Counted from the first letter of the stretch, positions 1-11,500 are shown. The stretch is 64,000 nt of DNA from Sedimentisphaerales bacterium (GCA_963708075.1 OY970194.1:2592001-2656000), one strand, 5' to 3'. Notes: a model not told the origin generated them from the sequence alone. Numbers and translations: made by a program.

Positions 1-18
1 CCGGCTCCGCATGGAGAG

Positions 19-138
19 TCACCGAACCCACGGCATCGCCGCGGCCTGAATGCCATGGCGCGCGAAACGAGAGGGACGCGGACAGCCGATCCGCGTTCCC
101 CGCAAGGTGTCAACGTCAGTCCACAAGCCCGCTCTCAT
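19..138 (-). pseudogene. arnD: Truncated ArnD (Und-P-L-Ara4FN deformylase) N-terminal remnant
   Basis: The ATG overlaps the arnA stop (ATGA). Translation [32 protein letters not shown] resembles the ArnD start (GLRIDVDTxRGTRxGVP...H.IQA), then diverges and stops at 19-21 after 39 codons. Confidence 0.65.
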
Positions 139-2246
139 GGCACATTCAGTTGCGTGGGCTTTCGGCTGTGCGCAGACGGAAGCGAAACGATGAGCGTCGG
201 CTTCGGTGATCTGCCCGCAGCGGGTATGTTCAGGACCTCCGCGCGGTCATCATCAATCGTGATCTCTCCGGTGCGCACGGCTTCCCGGAGAAAGAAGTCG
301 AGCGTCTGCTCGACCGACTGCTCCAACCCCACAGTGGGGGTCCATCCAAGAAGCTTTTGGGCGTTCTTGATACTCGGTCGCCGATGCTCCACGTCCTGGT
401 AGCCGGCGCCATAGTAGGAACCGCTTTCGATTTCGCGGAACCCTGCAAACGGTGGGAACTTGGGCCGCAACGGATGCTCATCGAACTTCCTCAGAAGCAT
501 CTCGGCCAAGTCCCGAATGCTGGCCTCGTTCTCCGGGTTGCCGATGTTGATGATGCGTCCATCACAGACGCCATCCTGGTTCCGGATGATTCTGAACAGG
601 CACTCCACGCCTTCCGAGATATCCGTGAAGCAGCGTTTCTGGAGTCCACCGTCGACGAGCAGGATGGGCGCGCCTTCAACCAGGTTGAGAATCAACTGCG
701 TGATGGCGCGAGAGCTGCCGATTCTCGCCGAAGTCAGACTGTCGAGCCTCGGTCCGATCCAGTTGAACGGGCGGAACAGGGTGAACTTGAATCCTTCTTT
801 CTGCCCATAGGCCCAGATGACCCGATCCAGAAGCTGCTTGCAGCATGAATAGATCCATCGCTGCATCCGGATCGGCCCGAGGATGAGTCGCGAATTGTCC
901 TCGTCGAACTCTCCATCATCGCACATTCCGTACACTTCAGATGTGGACGGAAAGATGATGCGTTTGTGGTACTTGACGCAATAGCGGACGATGCGGAGAT
1001 TCTCTTCGAAGTCCAGTTCGAAGACGCCCAATGGGTTTCGCGTGTACTCTATGGGAGTCGCGATGGCCACCAGGGGCAGGACGATGTCGCACTTGCGGAT
1101 GTGGTACTCGATCCATTCGCGATGGATGCGGATATCCCCCTCGTCAAAATGGAATCCGGGTCGGCCGAGGAGGTGCTCGACGTAGTTGGATCGGAGGTCC
1201 ATGCCATGAACTTCATACTCTCCGCCGGCCAGCAGTCGTTCGCTCAGGGCACTGCCGATGAAGCCATTGGCGCCCAGGATCAGGACACTCTTCTTTCTCG
1301 CGGACCGGACGCGTGTGCTTGCATGGGGTCCGAATCTCATGCCTTGCACGAGGTTCAACTCCCTGGCAAGTTGCACGCCGGTCACGTACACCCCATCGGC
1401 GACTTGGCCGGAGTCAACGCGAACCGCTCCACCGCTACAGGCGATCACCAGCGGTTCGGTGGAGACAATGGTCCCGGGTGGCGACTTGCCGGGGTCGTAA
1501 GGTACGGCGGACACAGTCCAGAAGAGGCATTTCCTATCCCCCACGTAGCTGAACGCACCGGGGTACGGCCGCGTCACGGCCCTGACCAGGTTGCGGATTT
1601 GATGGGGCTCTTTTGTCCAATCGATTTCGCCGTCGGCCGGACGCCGCCCGCCGTAGTATGTAGCCCGGGCTGCATCTTGCGGCACACGGGGGGCTGTGCC
1701 ATCCTTGATCTGGGGAAGAGTCTCGGCGAGCAACTCGCGAGATGCTCGGGCCAGCTTCTCGTGCAGGCTTCGGGCCGTGTCATCATCCGAGATAGCTACC
1801 TGTCTCTGAGATACGATGTCGCCGGCATCAGGTCTGGCCGTCATGTAGTGCAGGGTGACCCCCGTTTCGGTCTCCCCATGGATCAGGGCCCAGTTCGCCG
1901 GGCATCGTCCACGGTACTTCGGCAGCAGAGATCCATGCAGATTGAGACAGCCGGCCGGCGGGATGTCAAGAATCGCAGGCTTGACCATGTGCCGATAGTA
2001 AAACGAAAAGAGGATATCCGGGGCCATGTCCTGGATTCTGTGGACCCACAAGGGATGGTTGATATCCTCCGGGGCAAACACGGGAATGTTGTGGCTTGCT
2101 GCCAGTTCCGCTACCGAATGGAACCAGAGATTTTCCTGAGGGTCATCCGCATGCGTGAAGACGGCCGCAATCTCAATACCATTCCTCAGCAGTTCCTCGA
2201 TGCCCATGCATCCGATATCGTGATAAGCTAGGACTACTGCTCTCAT
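135..2246 (-). CDS. arnA: Bifunctional UDP-L-Ara4N formyltransferase / UDP-glucuronate decarboxylase ArnA
   Basis: N-terminal formyltransferase ([19 protein letters not shown]) fused to an SDR domain ([37 protein letters not shown]). Confidence 0.96.
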   Translation of the reverse strand: MRAVVLAYHDIGCMGIEELLRNGIEIAAVFTHADDPQENLWFHSVAELAASHNIPVFAPEDINHPLWVHRIQDMAPDILFSFYYRHMVKPAILDIPPAGCLNLHGSLLPKYRGRCPANWALIHGETETGVTLHYMTARPDAGDIVSQRQVAISDDDTARSLHEKLARASRELLAETLPQIKDGTAPRVPQDAARATYYGGRRPADGEIDWTKEPHQIRNLVRAVTRPYPGAFSYVGDRKCLFWTVSAVPYDPGKSPPGTIVSTEPLVIACSGGAVRVDSGQVADGVYVTGVQLARELNLVQGMRFGPHASTRVRSARKKSVLILGANGFIGSALSERLLAGGEYEVHGMDLRSNYVEHLLGRPGFHFDEGDIRIHREWIEYHIRKCDIVLPLVAIATPIEYTRNPLGVFELDFEENLRIVRYCVKYHKRIIFPSTSEVYGMCDDGEFDEDNSRLILGPIRMQRWIYSCCKQLLDRVIWAYGQKEGFKFTLFRPFNWIGPRLDSLTSARIGSSRAITQLILNLVEGAPILLVDGGLQKRCFTDISEGVECLFRIIRNQDGVCDGRIINIGNPENEASIRDLAEMLLRKFDEHPLRPKFPPFAGFREIESGSYYGAGYQDVEHRRPSIKNAQKLLGWTPTVGLEQSVEQTLDFFLREAVRTGEITIDDDRAEVLNIPAAGRSPKPTLIVSLPSAHSRKPTQLNVP

Positions 2247-3412
2247 TTGAGAACCTCCAGTTGTGACTGAGCAGGCATGTTCCGTTCCCTGATTTCCTGC
2301 CGGCCAATAACCTGATGAACAAAATAGCGAGGCCTCGCCCGCACATCATGATAGATGCGACCAATGTATTCCCCGAGCAACCCCATCGCGACAAATTGGG
2401 CGCCGATGAGGACGAAAAGAACGGCAAAGAGGGTGAAGACGCCCTCGGCTGCCCATCCCGGCCCATGGACCACTCGCATGATTAGCAGGAAGACGCCAAA
2501 TCCCATGCCCACGACCGATGTGATGCCGCCAAGGATACTGAGCAGACGCAGCGGGAAGGTCGTCATACTCGTCAACAGATCGAACTGGAGATTCACCAGT
2601 TTCCACAGGCTGTACTTCGAATCCCCACTGGATCGCTCGGCGTGGTGGACCTCGATTTCCGTTGCCTTTCGCGCGAAGCTGTTGGCCAAAACGGGAATGA
2701 ACGTACTTCGCTCGGGACACTGCAGCATGGCGCTAATGACGTGGCGTCGATAGGCGCGGAGCATGCAGCCGTAATCATGCATTGTCACGCCGGTGGCCCG
2801 CCGGGCCGCATGGTTGACGATCCGCGAGGCGACACGTCGAAACAACGGGTCCTGCCGAGGCGTGCGGATCGTGCCGATCACATCGTACCCTTCCGCCATC
2901 TTCCGAACGAGCTTCGGAATCTCCTCGGGCGGGTTCTGCAAGTCGGCATCGAGGGTCACGACGATCTCGCCTCGGGATTCGCCAAAGCCGGCCATCACGG
3001 CGGCATGCTGGCCATAGTTGCGGTTCAATAAGACCCCCACGACCCTTCCGGCGTTCTGTTCCGCCGCCTCGGCGATGATCTTCGATGAGCTATCCGAGCT
3101 GCCGTCATCCACGAGAATAATCTCGAATGACCCCTCCGTGCCTTCACAGCTATCCAGACAACGTCGGATGAGCTCCGGCAGACACCTCTCTTCGTTAAAT
3201 ACGGGGATCACCAGGGACACAGCCGGTCTGGTCTGCGGCGATGGCGAGACTGTGCGATGAAGGTCAGGTTGACAGATGCCTTCCTCCAATGTGTCGTCGT
3301 TAACGGTACGAAGCGGCGTCGCGTCGTGAGCGGCCGGTTGGGAATGCACCAAAACGGTCTTCGCATGTCCTGAGCTATGCAGACCTCGTACTTCGTCGGA
3401 CGTCTTGGCCAT
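2243..3412 (-). CDS. arnC: Undecaprenyl-phosphate L-Ara4FN transferase ArnC (GT2) with ~60-aa N-terminal extension
   Basis: [45 protein letters not shown] motifs and two C-terminal TM helices; lies between arnB and arnA. Confidence 0.92.
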   Translation of the reverse strand: MAKTSDEVRGLHSSGHAKTVLVHSQPAAHDATPLRTVNDDTLEEGICQPDLHRTVSPSPQTRPAVSLVIPVFNEERCLPELIRRCLDSCEGTEGSFEIILVDDGSSDSSSKIIAEAAEQNAGRVVGVLLNRNYGQHAAVMAGFGESRGEIVVTLDADLQNPPEEIPKLVRKMAEGYDVIGTIRTPRQDPLFRRVASRIVNHAARRATGVTMHDYGCMLRAYRRHVISAMLQCPERSTFIPVLANSFARKATEIEVHHAERSSGDSKYSLWKLVNLQFDLLTSMTTFPLRLLSILGGITSVVGMGFGVFLLIMRVVHGPGWAAEGVFTLFAVLFVLIGAQFVAMGLLGEYIGRIYHDVRARPRYFVHQVIGRQEIRERNMPAQSQLEVLK

Positions 3413-3415
3413 CGG

Positions 3416-4612
3416 TTAGCACCTTTCTTCAAGGATCGTCTTGCCTGCGGCAGAGGATGGCTGCTTGTGCAAGACGTCTTTGATTGTCTCGATAACGTCG
3501 TTGACGTCGCGTTCCATCATATCCGGGAAGAGGGGGAGCGAACAGATTCGGTCGGAGTTCCATTCCGTGTTCGGCAATGCGCCTCGGCGCATCCCCATGC
3601 ACTCCCTGTAGTACTTTTGCAGGTGCACGGCCCGGAAATGCAGGCCGGTCCCGATGTTTCTCTGCTTCAGTCGCAGCATGAACTCATCACGGGTCAGGCC
3701 TGCTTTGTCGATGTCCAGCCGGACAATGAATAGATGCCAGGCATGCTTCATCGGGTACGGGGGATCGGACAGGGGGATGATCTCCTCGATCTCCGCTAAC
3801 CGCTCGCGGTATTCCATGGCCAGTTCGGTTCGCCTGGCGTTGAGCTGATCCACGCGGGCCAACTGCCGCAATCCCAGGACGGCGGATATGTCCGTCATGT
3901 TGTACTTGTACCCGGGCTCCATGACCTCTGCCTGGGGCGAGCGTCCCTGCGTGTGGCGATCGTAGGCGTCCACTCCCAACCCATGAAATTTCAATCGCTT
4001 CACGCAGTCGAGGAGGGCCTCATCGTCCGAGCAGAACATACCCCCCTCGCCCGTCGTGATGTTCTTGATGGGGTGAAATGAGAAGATCGAGGTGCCGCTG
4101 TGGCCCACGTGCAGGCCGTGGTACTGCGTCCCCAGAGCGTGTGCCGCGTCCTCGATGAGGGGAATGTGCCTGGCGGCCGCCAATTGACGAATGGGTCCGA
4201 TGTCGGCCGGGGCTCCTGCAAAATGGACGGGGATGATCGCCCGCGTTCTGTCCGTCAGGCACGCTTCAATGGACTGGCAGGAAACCATCAACGTGTCACG
4301 ATTCACGTCGGCGAAGACTGGTGTGGCGCCGGCAAGAACAGTCAGATTCACGGTGGAAACCCACGTCATCGAAGGGGTGATTACCTCGTCGCCGGGACCG
4401 ACCCCGAGAGCCTTGAGGGCCAGGTGCATACCTGCCGTCGCCGAGGACAATGCCACGGCCCCGGGACAGCCGACGTACTCCTGGAATCTCTGCTCGAACT
4501 CTGTGGTTCTTGGGCCGGTCGTGATCCAGCCGCATCGCAGCACCTCCGCCACGGCGGCGATATCCTCCTCCGTGATCGATGGCCGCGAGAATGGTAGAAA
4601 ATCAGTTCGCAC
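3416..4612 (-). CDS. arnB: UDP-4-amino-4-deoxy-L-arabinose aminotransferase ArnB (DegT family)
   Basis: FLPFSRP, GWITTGP, IEDAAHA, PLP lysine motif [25 protein letters not shown]. Confidence 0.94.
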   Translation of the reverse strand: MRTDFLPFSRPSITEEDIAAVAEVLRCGWITTGPRTTEFEQRFQEYVGCPGAVALSSATAGMHLALKALGVGPGDEVITPSMTWVSTVNLTVLAGATPVFADVNRDTLMVSCQSIEACLTDRTRAIIPVHFAGAPADIGPIRQLAAARHIPLIEDAAHALGTQYHGLHVGHSGTSIFSFHPIKNITTGEGGMFCSDDEALLDCVKRLKFHGLGVDAYDRHTQGRSPQAEVMEPGYKYNMTDISAVLGLRQLARVDQLNARRTELAMEYRERLAEIEEIIPLSDPPYPMKHAWHLFIVRLDIDKAGLTRDEFMLRLKQRNIGTGLHFRAVHLQKYYRECMGMRRGALPNTEWNSDRICSLPLFPDMMERDVNDVIETIKDVLHKQPSSAAGKTILEERC

Positions 4613-6389
4613 GACTCATACCCTCCGCAACCCCTGCCGCTTTCGAAGCATTCATGGGACACCCCCAGAACCAGGCTATCCATTTCTCCTTCTTGGAAGA
4701 CTTGGATTCCCACGGGTATAGTTGCTCACGAAGGCTCTGCTGCCTCCACAGCTCGCTGACGATTTCTTCGGGAAGCCCGGCCACATACCTGTTCTGGGTA
4801 ATGACCACGCCAGGAAGACTCGATTCCAGAAAATGGCGGAATTGGTCGGCGTCTTTGATGATCTGTATCGGCTCATCGGCATGGAGATAGAAAAGCAGGT
4901 TCGCGTTCGCCTTGGGGAACACAGCGATCCTCTCCGGCGGGAGCTCGGCTGACCTCGCCCGCAATTCACCGGCGAATGGGCGCTCCGTTCGATTCATGTC
5001 GAGGATGTTCTGTTGCCAGCAGAAGTAGCCTCCCAGCAACACAGCTGCGACTCCGATCCATGGCTGGATGACTCTGCGCTCGCTTGGGGAGAGCTTTGAC
5101 CATTGTATGAATTTGTCAAGGCTCACACCCAGGAGAATTGCGGCCGCCCCAATGCCAAGACTGACCAAATAGAATCTCAGAGGGGCTTGGAAGTGCAATA
5201 CTCTCCCGGCAATCGTCAAAATCAGGGGAATTGCCAGGTCGAATGCAACCGCCCCGATCAGCAGGGCTCTCTGGGCCGCCAGCCCCCATTGCCGAAGGTC
5301 ATCCATTCCAGGCTCACGGATCCAGGCGACGAAGACAGCCATCAGTAGAGCACAAAGCGGCAGGATCGGCAGGATGTAATAGCCGCGTCGCGAGCCGGAG
5401 AGGCTGAAGAACAGGAACACCAGCACAATGGCCCAGATCAGCCATCGTGTATGACTGTCGAGCCCCTTCCTGTACTTGGCCATGCCAACCGCCGCCAGCA
5501 CAAACAAGGGGGTCCAAGGCAGCAAGAGACGCGGCAGCTCATAAAGGTACAGGTAGATCGGACCTTTGTGGTCGAGGGGTTGGAAATAGCGAAGAATATT
5601 CTCCTGAAAGACCAGCGCCAGGCCGCTCGACTGATAATCGGCGGGCTGAGTCAGAGAGGCATACACAAACGGAGCCAGGTAGACAAGCGACGCAAGCCCG
5701 AAGGCCCCTATGTGCTTGATACTAAAGAGGATGCGCCAGCGTCTTTCCGTCAGCATATCCGGCAATACAATGAGAATGGGAACGACCACCGCCGCCAAAC
5801 CTTTGGTTAAGGCGCCGATAAAGGCGATCAGGTAGAAAACGAGCATGGTGGGAAAACCTGGACGATCACGTCTTGACCAATACCAGACGACCGCCAGCAT
5901 GATGGCCGCGAGATTCTCGGCATCGGCCGTGCCGGTCCGGGCCCAAAAGATGAAGGAATACGTTGTCAGGAGCAGCCAGCCGGCGATTCTTCCCGTCTGG
6001 GCCGACCACAACCGGGCCCCGACCTTCATCGTCGCCCAGACGGCCGCCACGCCGGCAACGGCGCTCGGAAGCCGTAAGACCAGTTCATTCAGCGTGCCGG
6101 TCATCGCAACGATGGCTGCACGGAGCCAGTACGTCAGCAGCGGTTTGTCAAAGTAGGGCTCTCCGCCAATCGTGGGATGAAAGAAATCGCCCGTCAGAAA
6201 CATCTCACGTGTGACCTGGGCCCAGCGCCCCTCCGCCGTCCACAGACTGCAAGTACCCAATCCCCACAATAGCAGGAACGCTCCAGTCGACAGCAGTGCG
6301 ATATCTGCCCACTGCACGTGCCCGCCAACTGTGGCATCCGACTCAATCTGCCGGACATTGTCCTTAACGCAACCGGAGTATATATCCAT
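4602..6389 (-). CDS. arnT: ArnT-like glycosyltransferase family 39 (L-Ara4N transferase)
   Basis: Polytopic membrane protein with [36 protein letters not shown] motifs. Start uncertain (the ORF extends to 6488). Confidence 0.85.
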   Translation of the reverse strand: MDIYSGCVKDNVRQIESDATVGGHVQWADIALLSTGAFLLLWGLGTCSLWTAEGRWAQVTREMFLTGDFFHPTIGGEPYFDKPLLTYWLRAAIVAMTGTLNELVLRLPSAVAGVAAVWATMKVGARLWSAQTGRIAGWLLLTTYSFIFWARTGTADAENLAAIMLAVVWYWSRRDRPGFPTMLVFYLIAFIGALTKGLAAVVVPILIVLPDMLTERRWRILFSIKHIGAFGLASLVYLAPFVYASLTQPADYQSSGLALVFQENILRYFQPLDHKGPIYLYLYELPRLLLPWTPLFVLAAVGMAKYRKGLDSHTRWLIWAIVLVFLFFSLSGSRRGYYILPILPLCALLMAVFVAWIREPGMDDLRQWGLAAQRALLIGAVAFDLAIPLILTIAGRVLHFQAPLRFYLVSLGIGAAAILLGVSLDKFIQWSKLSPSERRVIQPWIGVAAVLLGGYFCWQQNILDMNRTERPFAGELRARSAELPPERIAVFPKANANLLFYLHADEPIQIIKDADQFRHFLESSLPGVVITQNRYVAGLPEEIVSELWRQQSLREQLYPWESKSSKKEKWIAWFWGCPMNASKAAGVAEGMSRAN

Positions 6390-6688
6390 GTTTAGATTCC
6401 GCTCGAAGACCGGCCTCCGTAGTCTCCAAGCTGAACGCATTACATCGGGGGCAATGACTGATGCCTGACGAAGCATCGTCCCGACCAACCGGTAGACTCC
6501 GACAGTCCTAGCCCGGAGGGTACAGATCGAACCTTAATGGAAGATGAAGAAATCGGGGGCCATAGTAAGGAAATTACTGATTCCCCGGGAATAAGTCCGC
6601 CACTGTCGTATTGGGGGGCCTTTTTTGCTCGCGCCATGCTGCCTCCCGAACAGGACACGGGTGGGGCCTGCGATGGCGAGAGTCACGG

Positions 6689-6716
6689 TTGCACATCTCT
6701 GCCGGGCAGGTACAAT
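6689..6716 (+). promoter_or_regulatory. Putative sigma70 promoter of the two-component operon
   Basis: TTGCAC-N16-TACAAT about 80 nt upstream of the regulator ATG. Confidence 0.45.
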
Positions 6717-6795
6717 GGGCAGGTCTTGGCACTGAGGTCAAGGAACATAGGTTAGAGAACGTGGCCTGGGGGCCCATGGAATTGGTGGCCGGACA

Positions 6796-7474
6796 ATGAG
6801 AGTGTTGATTATCGAAGATGAGATCAGACTTGCGCAATATCGCCAAGGCGCTCAAGGAGACAGCGTCGTACGCAGTGGATATTTCCACCGATGGCGAGGA
6901 TGGCTGGCATCAAGCTCTCTCAAATCCCTACGACCTGATCCTGCTCGATCTGATGCTGCCGAAGGTGGGTGGGTTGGAGATCCTCGCAGAATTGCGCCGC
7001 CAAGGCAATCGGGTCCCCGTGCTCATACTTACCGCGAGGGACACCACCCGGGACATTATCCGGGGTCTGAACTCAGGCGGTGATGACTACATCACGAAAC
7101 CCTTCGACATGGGCGAGCTCCTGGCTCGCTGCAAGGCGATGGTGCGTCGAACCTATGATCGTCCCGACCCGGTTGTGCGTATCGGTGAGTTGTCGGTAGA
7201 TACATCCAGCCGGCTGGTGACCCTTCGAGGCCGGCGCGTGACGCTATCCGCGATGGAGTATCGGCTCCTGGAGTATCTCGTGTGGCGGGCCGGTCAGATC
7301 GTCAGCAAGGCGGAGATCATCGAACACCTGTATGATTTCAATGCCGAAACCTTCTCAAATGTTGTCGAGGTGTACATATCCACCCTTCGCAGAAAACTGG
7401 ATGTCGATCCCGAACGCTCCCTGATTCACACCGTCCGGGGTTTGGGATACGTCCTGGGAGAGGTATCCACGTGA
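6796..7474 (+). CDS. OmpR/PhoB-family response regulator (PmrA/QseB-like); apparent frameshift near 6833
   Basis: MRVLIIEDE in one frame joins NIAKALKE...YDLILLDLMLP...GGDDYITKPF...IHTVRGLGY in another. Restoring GC in TGCGCA gives a ~226-aa protein. Confidence 0.9.
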
Positions 7475-8895
7475 AGCCTCTATCCATCCAGTTGCGGTTG
7501 TCTCTGATGGTGTTGATTCTCACTCTGGCCATCATTGCGGTCTTGTCTGTTGCGGCTTATGTTGAGTTTGAGGAGTCATTGCTGGGGAACACTGACGACA
7601 CTCTGAGAGCCATGGCCGAAGGGATACAGGCCGAACTCGATGAACGGGACAGCAGAGAGCACCAGGAAGCCGAACTGCGGGCCATCACGGGGTACGGCAC
7701 CTCCGAACGCTCCAGCCAGTATCGTATCTGGTTGGATGGAAGTGAAAGAGACATGTTTGCCAGCGAATCATCCAGTGATCCACTACCCCAAGCACTCCTT
7801 CGCCTGCCCCTCGGCGAACAACCTGACGTGAACGATTTCAGCCTGTTCAATATTACCGGCGATCCAGAATCGGGCACGGAATATACGCTCCGCGCCATAT
7901 GGATGCGCCATGTCTTGCATGAGGAGGTTGCCAATATCCTTGTGGCACGCTCGTGTGGATATGTGTATCACGAGGTGGCTGAGTTCCTTGGGCTCCTGTT
8001 CATGGCGGGAGGTTCCGTCACATTGCTGACTGTGCTGCTGGTGCCGATCATCATCTCGCATGGGCTGCACGCAATCACAGACCTCGGAGCGAAGTTGGGA
8101 CAAATCACGCACAGTAGTTTGAAGAATGACAGTGACATCATGCCGGACGTCCCTATTGAGCTGAAGCCATTCAAGGCGGCGTTGCAGGAGATGTTGTCGC
8201 GTCTGCATAAGACGATGCAGCAGCAGGAGCGGCTTACTGCAGATGTCGCGCACGAGCTGCGCACGCCTCTGGCGATCATCAAGAGCACGCTCCAGACGCT
8301 GCGAATACAAGCCCGACCGGCGATCGAATATGAGGAGGGCATCGACGATACGCTCAAAGACGTCGATCGCATGGAGCATCTCGTAAGCCAGCTTCTCTCT
8401 TTGGCACGACTGGACGCCGCCGACGCCGTCCACAATCCGGCGGAAATCCGCTTGGACACCCTGCTGAGATCGCTGACGGATGTATTCCACGACCGGGCCG
8501 GCCAGCAAGGAGGACGAGTGGTCTTCACGAACAGCGCCCCAGTCTCGATCCGGGGCGATGAAACCGAATTGTGGCAACTCTTCAGCAATCTGCTCGACAA
8601 CGCCATTCGACATGGACCGCGGGGAGGACTCATTCGCGTGGACCTCCAGAACGAGCCGGACACATGGGCAATGGTCTGTGTCCATGACGAAGGCGGCGCC
8701 ATTCCGGCCGAAAGCCTCCCTCACTTATTCGATCGTTTCTATCGGGTGGATTCCTCCCGGTCTCAGACCTCCGGCGGCAGCGGCCTGGGGTTGGCCATTG
8801 CCTGCGGAATCGTTCAGCGGCACCATGGAGATATCGCAATCACGTCAGACCCGAAAGCCGGGACCTCGGCCATCGTCCATCTGCCACGGCTATAA
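7471..8895 (+). CDS. Sensor histidine kinase (HAMP-HisKA-HATPase)
   Basis: Two TM segments, H-box AHELRTPL, N-box NLLDNAIRH, DEGG, FDRFYR, GSGLGLAI; overlaps the regulator stop. Confidence 0.93.
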   Translation: MKPLSIQLRLSLMVLILTLAIIAVLSVAAYVEFEESLLGNTDDTLRAMAEGIQAELDERDSREHQEAELRAITGYGTSERSSQYRIWLDGSERDMFASESSSDPLPQALLRLPLGEQPDVNDFSLFNITGDPESGTEYTLRAIWMRHVLHEEVANILVARSCGYVYHEVAEFLGLLFMAGGSVTLLTVLLVPIIISHGLHAITDLGAKLGQITHSSLKNDSDIMPDVPIELKPFKAALQEMLSRLHKTMQQQERLTADVAHELRTPLAIIKSTLQTLRIQARPAIEYEEGIDDTLKDVDRMEHLVSQLLSLARLDAADAVHNPAEIRLDTLLRSLTDVFHDRAGQQGGRVVFTNSAPVSIRGDETELWQLFSNLLDNAIRHGPRGGLIRVDLQNEPDTWAMVCVHDEGGAIPAESLPHLFDRFYRVDSSRSQTSGGSGLGLAIACGIVQRHHGDIAITSDPKAGTSAIVHLPRL

Positions 8896-9249
8896 GCCCC
8901 GGAACCTGCATTCCCTCCTGTGCAACCACGCAATCCCCTCAGGTTGCCTTAAGGCGGCGGTGGTAAGCTGCATTCGAACCAGATCAATACGATCTCGTCT
9001 GCGGTGATGGGGTGGTTCGATGAAGTCGGGGCACGTATGAGAATAAGAGAGTGTCTACGGCGGGCGGGGCTGGCGTGCGATTTGGCGATTTCGCTGGGAT
9101 GAGATGCCGGCAATCGACTCCCATAAGTGGGAGAGCAAAATGGAGATGCGACGGCGGCTTGCAGGCCCACACCATGAGTGTACTACGGAATAGGGTGCCG
9201 GCCAACGGAACGGCCGGTGCGAGTCAACTGATGAAAAGCCAGAGGAGCA

Positions 9250-9290
9250 CGCTTCTGAGGTCAAAAGTGCAGACTTTGACTCAGAAAGCG
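9250..9290 (-). terminator. Hairpin downstream of tRNA-Ser
   Basis: Imperfect inverted repeat cgcttctgaggtcaaaagt / actttgactcagaaagcg just 3' of the tRNA; no clear U-tract. Confidence 0.4.
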
Positions 9291-9298
9291 GTGGAGAC

Positions 9299-9388
9299 CG
9301 GAGAGGCCGGGATTCGAACCCGGGGTAGGGGTTAACCCCCTACGACGGTTTAGCAAACCGTTGCCTTAAGCCACTCGGCCACCTCTCC
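9299..9388 (-). tRNA. tRNA-Ser (GCT), CCA not encoded
   Basis: Minus strand reads GGAGAGGTGGCCGAGTGGCTTAAGGCAACGGTTTGCTAAACCG...GGGTTCGAATCCCGGCCTCTCCG: 7-bp acceptor stem, GCT anticodon, long variable arm, TTCGAAT T-loop. Confidence 0.97.
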
Positions 9389-9443
9389 AAACCGTCTATC
9401 TACAATGACTTACGTCAAATCCTCGTCTTCCGCTCAGCAGGCT

Positions 9444-9505
9444 ACTACAACTCTCACTGCAACCGCGATTATCAGTCGCGTTGGTTGTAGTTACTCGGTT
9501 GTAGC
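9444..9505. repeat. Four 9-bp RCTRCAACY motifs (two direct, two inverted); candidate integrase arm-type sites
   Basis: ACTACAACT 9444, ACTGCAACC 9456, GGTTGTAGT 9483, GGTTGTAGC 9497, between the tRNA and the integrase relic. Confidence 0.5.
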
Positions 9506-9540
9506 CCATGTCCAGAACCTGGTGTCTGGAGGCACCTGTC

Positions 9541-9654
9541 ATGACAGAACCCAAAGAACAACATAAGCCCACACCGGCAAGGCGAAGCCGATACCCTCTA
9601 AGTCTACACCGAACCGGGCAGCGGTACAAGAAAATTCATGGCAAGTTCCATTAC
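9541..9654 (+). pseudogene. N-terminal fragment of a tyrosine recombinase/integrase
   Basis: GGAGG RBS. MTEPKEQHKPTPARRSRYPLSLHRTGQRYKKIHGKFHY resembles, from memory, the PLxxHxTGxxxKKIxGKxxYFG start of planctomycete integrases. The frame runs into an inverted repeat and stops at 9702. Confidence 0.6.
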
Positions 9655-9658
9655 TGTG

Positions 9659-9726
9659 TGTGCGACTACATTTCGTGGGGGCAGGCTGGTATTTTTCGCT
9701 GACCCCCTGCAGAATGTAGTCGCACA
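9659..9726. mobile_element. 68-bp miniature element with TGT...ACA terminal inverted repeats
   Basis: Perfect 14-bp IR TGTGCGACTACATT (9659-9672) / AATGTAGTCGCACA (9713-9726), extending imperfectly inward. Confidence 0.5.
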
Positions 9727-10177
9727 TGTTTTCGGTCACTCGGCCTTTACAGATTGTGGGGTGGCGGGTACATTCAACTGATGGCCCGATCTGCCATCCA
9801 CTTCGGCTTGGAGAGCCTGCAGCAGCGGCGCAGGTTGGCCTTGTACCCGGGCGGCAGTGTTGCGTTGGTCTATCGCTGAAGGAAGCGACAATGACAGCGG
9901 ATGTGGAGAAGGATTTGCTTGTCCTTGATCCGTGTGTGATATTTGCGCTGTTACGCACGACATGGGTTTCAGTCTGCGCAGCCTTACGGCTGATGGCGCA
10001 AAGGTTGCACGGGCACCGTGCCGTCGGCTCAGTATCGCTGAGACCCGCAAGGCGGCCACCGCCGGGCAACTTCTTCAGATGCCGGCCAGCGGCGGCGTGG
10101 CGATATTCTGCGACAATGTCCCCCTGCGCCTATTCCCGTGGCGATCGTCGACTGGGGAGAACATGGCTGGGTGTACC

Positions 10178-11500
10178 ATGACTGAGAAAGCAACCCTGTT
10201 CATCAGCCATTCGACGCATGGACTTCCCAAGACCGACGCTTGTGTGCAGGTCCGGGACGCGCTGGCATCGACCTTCCGAGCAAAGAACTGGGACTTCTTC
10301 CTGGACATGAAGGCTATCGCTCCCGGGAACTCCTGGAGAGCGGACATCCTTCACAGCCTGGCCACGGCTCGCGCGGGGATCATCCTGTTCAATCAGAACG
10401 CCTGTGCTTCCACCTGGGTCACAGCGGAGGCTCTCATCCTGTGCTTCCGAAAATCGATCGATCCGGACTTTCCCGTCGTCCCTGTGCTCTTTCCAGGAGT
10501 CAGCCTGGACACCACCTGCATGAAGGCATACGAGCCGTTTCAACTCAATGAGATACAGGCGGATAGATATGACCCCGCTTCCGCTTTGTCCCCGGATGAG
10601 TTTGCGCAAGGGTTGGCGAAGAACGATCGTCTCAAAAGAGCCATGGAACGTCCGGGGAACGGCAGCGCCTGGGTGAAAGCCGTCACGGATTTGCTGAGCA
10701 GGTTGGATATTGATGTCTTGCGCCGCGCGGCCGAGCAACTGTCACTGGACTGCGGATCCCCCCTGCCCCCCGATGAGATGGCCCGCTGTCTGGCATGCTC
10801 CATCGCCAGCGTCATGCACGAGAGGCAGCCGCAGGATTGTGTACCAGCGTTTGGCGAGTTGATACCACCATTACTATCTGAAAAGGCGGCCTCATTGAGA
10901 CGCTATTTGGAGGCCAAATGGGTCGAGAACGAAAGCGTCGAGATTCTCCTCCACGCTTCGCACACGCCGGAAGCCCGAGGTCTTCTGGCGTTGAACACCT
11001 CACACGTACAGGTCACAAATCGCTATATAGATCGGGTGAACTACGAGCTTCCGGCGGGACGCACCCCCTTGCAGCGGATTTCGGTGCCCGAACCGAAAGG
11101 CGATTTCGAGGAACACGGTCTGATTCATGAAGTCGAGTCTGCCATCCGGGCCGTCCTCGTGAAGGATCCTCTCTACGATTCGGAAGGCAACGAACTCCCG
11201 TTAGAAGGGGCGGTGCGAGAGCTGTTATCGTCGGCGAAGAGATTTGCGATCTGTATCTTGCCCCCCCAATACACCTCCAAAGACGTCCTGCTGGAGTTGC
11301 GCAGACGTTTTTCCCGCATCATCTTCATTGTGGAGGCGGGCGACAAGAGCGAGCACATGACGAACTGCTTCGCCGCCGGTGCCAGGCAGCTCAATCCGCT
11401 GCTGAAACCGGCGAAATTGAACGAGTTTGCAGTTCTTCGTCGAGATCTGGACGCTACGTTCGATCAATACAATATCCTCAATTCTGGTGCGCACGTATGA
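10178..11500 (+). CDS. TIR-domain protein with C-terminal inactive-STAND/VMAP-like region
   Basis: TLFISHS...FFLDMKAIAPGNSWRADI...STWVTAE (TIR_2 with catalytic-position Glu). The C-terminal alpha/beta region lacks a Walker A. Alternative start 10163; stop overlaps the MoxR ATG. Confidence 0.8.
   Translation: MTEKATLFISHSTHGLPKTDACVQVRDALASTFRAKNWDFFLDMKAIAPGNSWRADILHSLATARAGIILFNQNACASTWVTAEALILCFRKSIDPDFPVVPVLFPGVSLDTTCMKAYEPFQLNEIQADRYDPASALSPDEFAQGLAKNDRLKRAMERPGNGSAWVKAVTDLLSRLDIDVLRRAAEQLSLDCGSPLPPDEMARCLACSIASVMHERQPQDCVPAFGELIPPLLSEKAASLRRYLEAKWVENESVEILLHASHTPEARGLLALNTSHVQVTNRYIDRVNYELPAGRTPLQRISVPEPKGDFEEHGLIHEVESAIRAVLVKDPLYDSEGNELPLEGAVRELLSSAKRFAICILPPQYTSKDVLLELRRRFSRIIFIVEAGDKSEHMTNCFAAGARQLNPLLKPAKLNEFAVLRRDLDATFDQYNILNSGAHV

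Noticed and set aside
6555..6630. GCCACTG plus a T-run suggesting a cobalamin riboswitch or terminator
   Set aside because: Other B12-element motifs and a pairing stem are missing, and the context is unrelated to B12.
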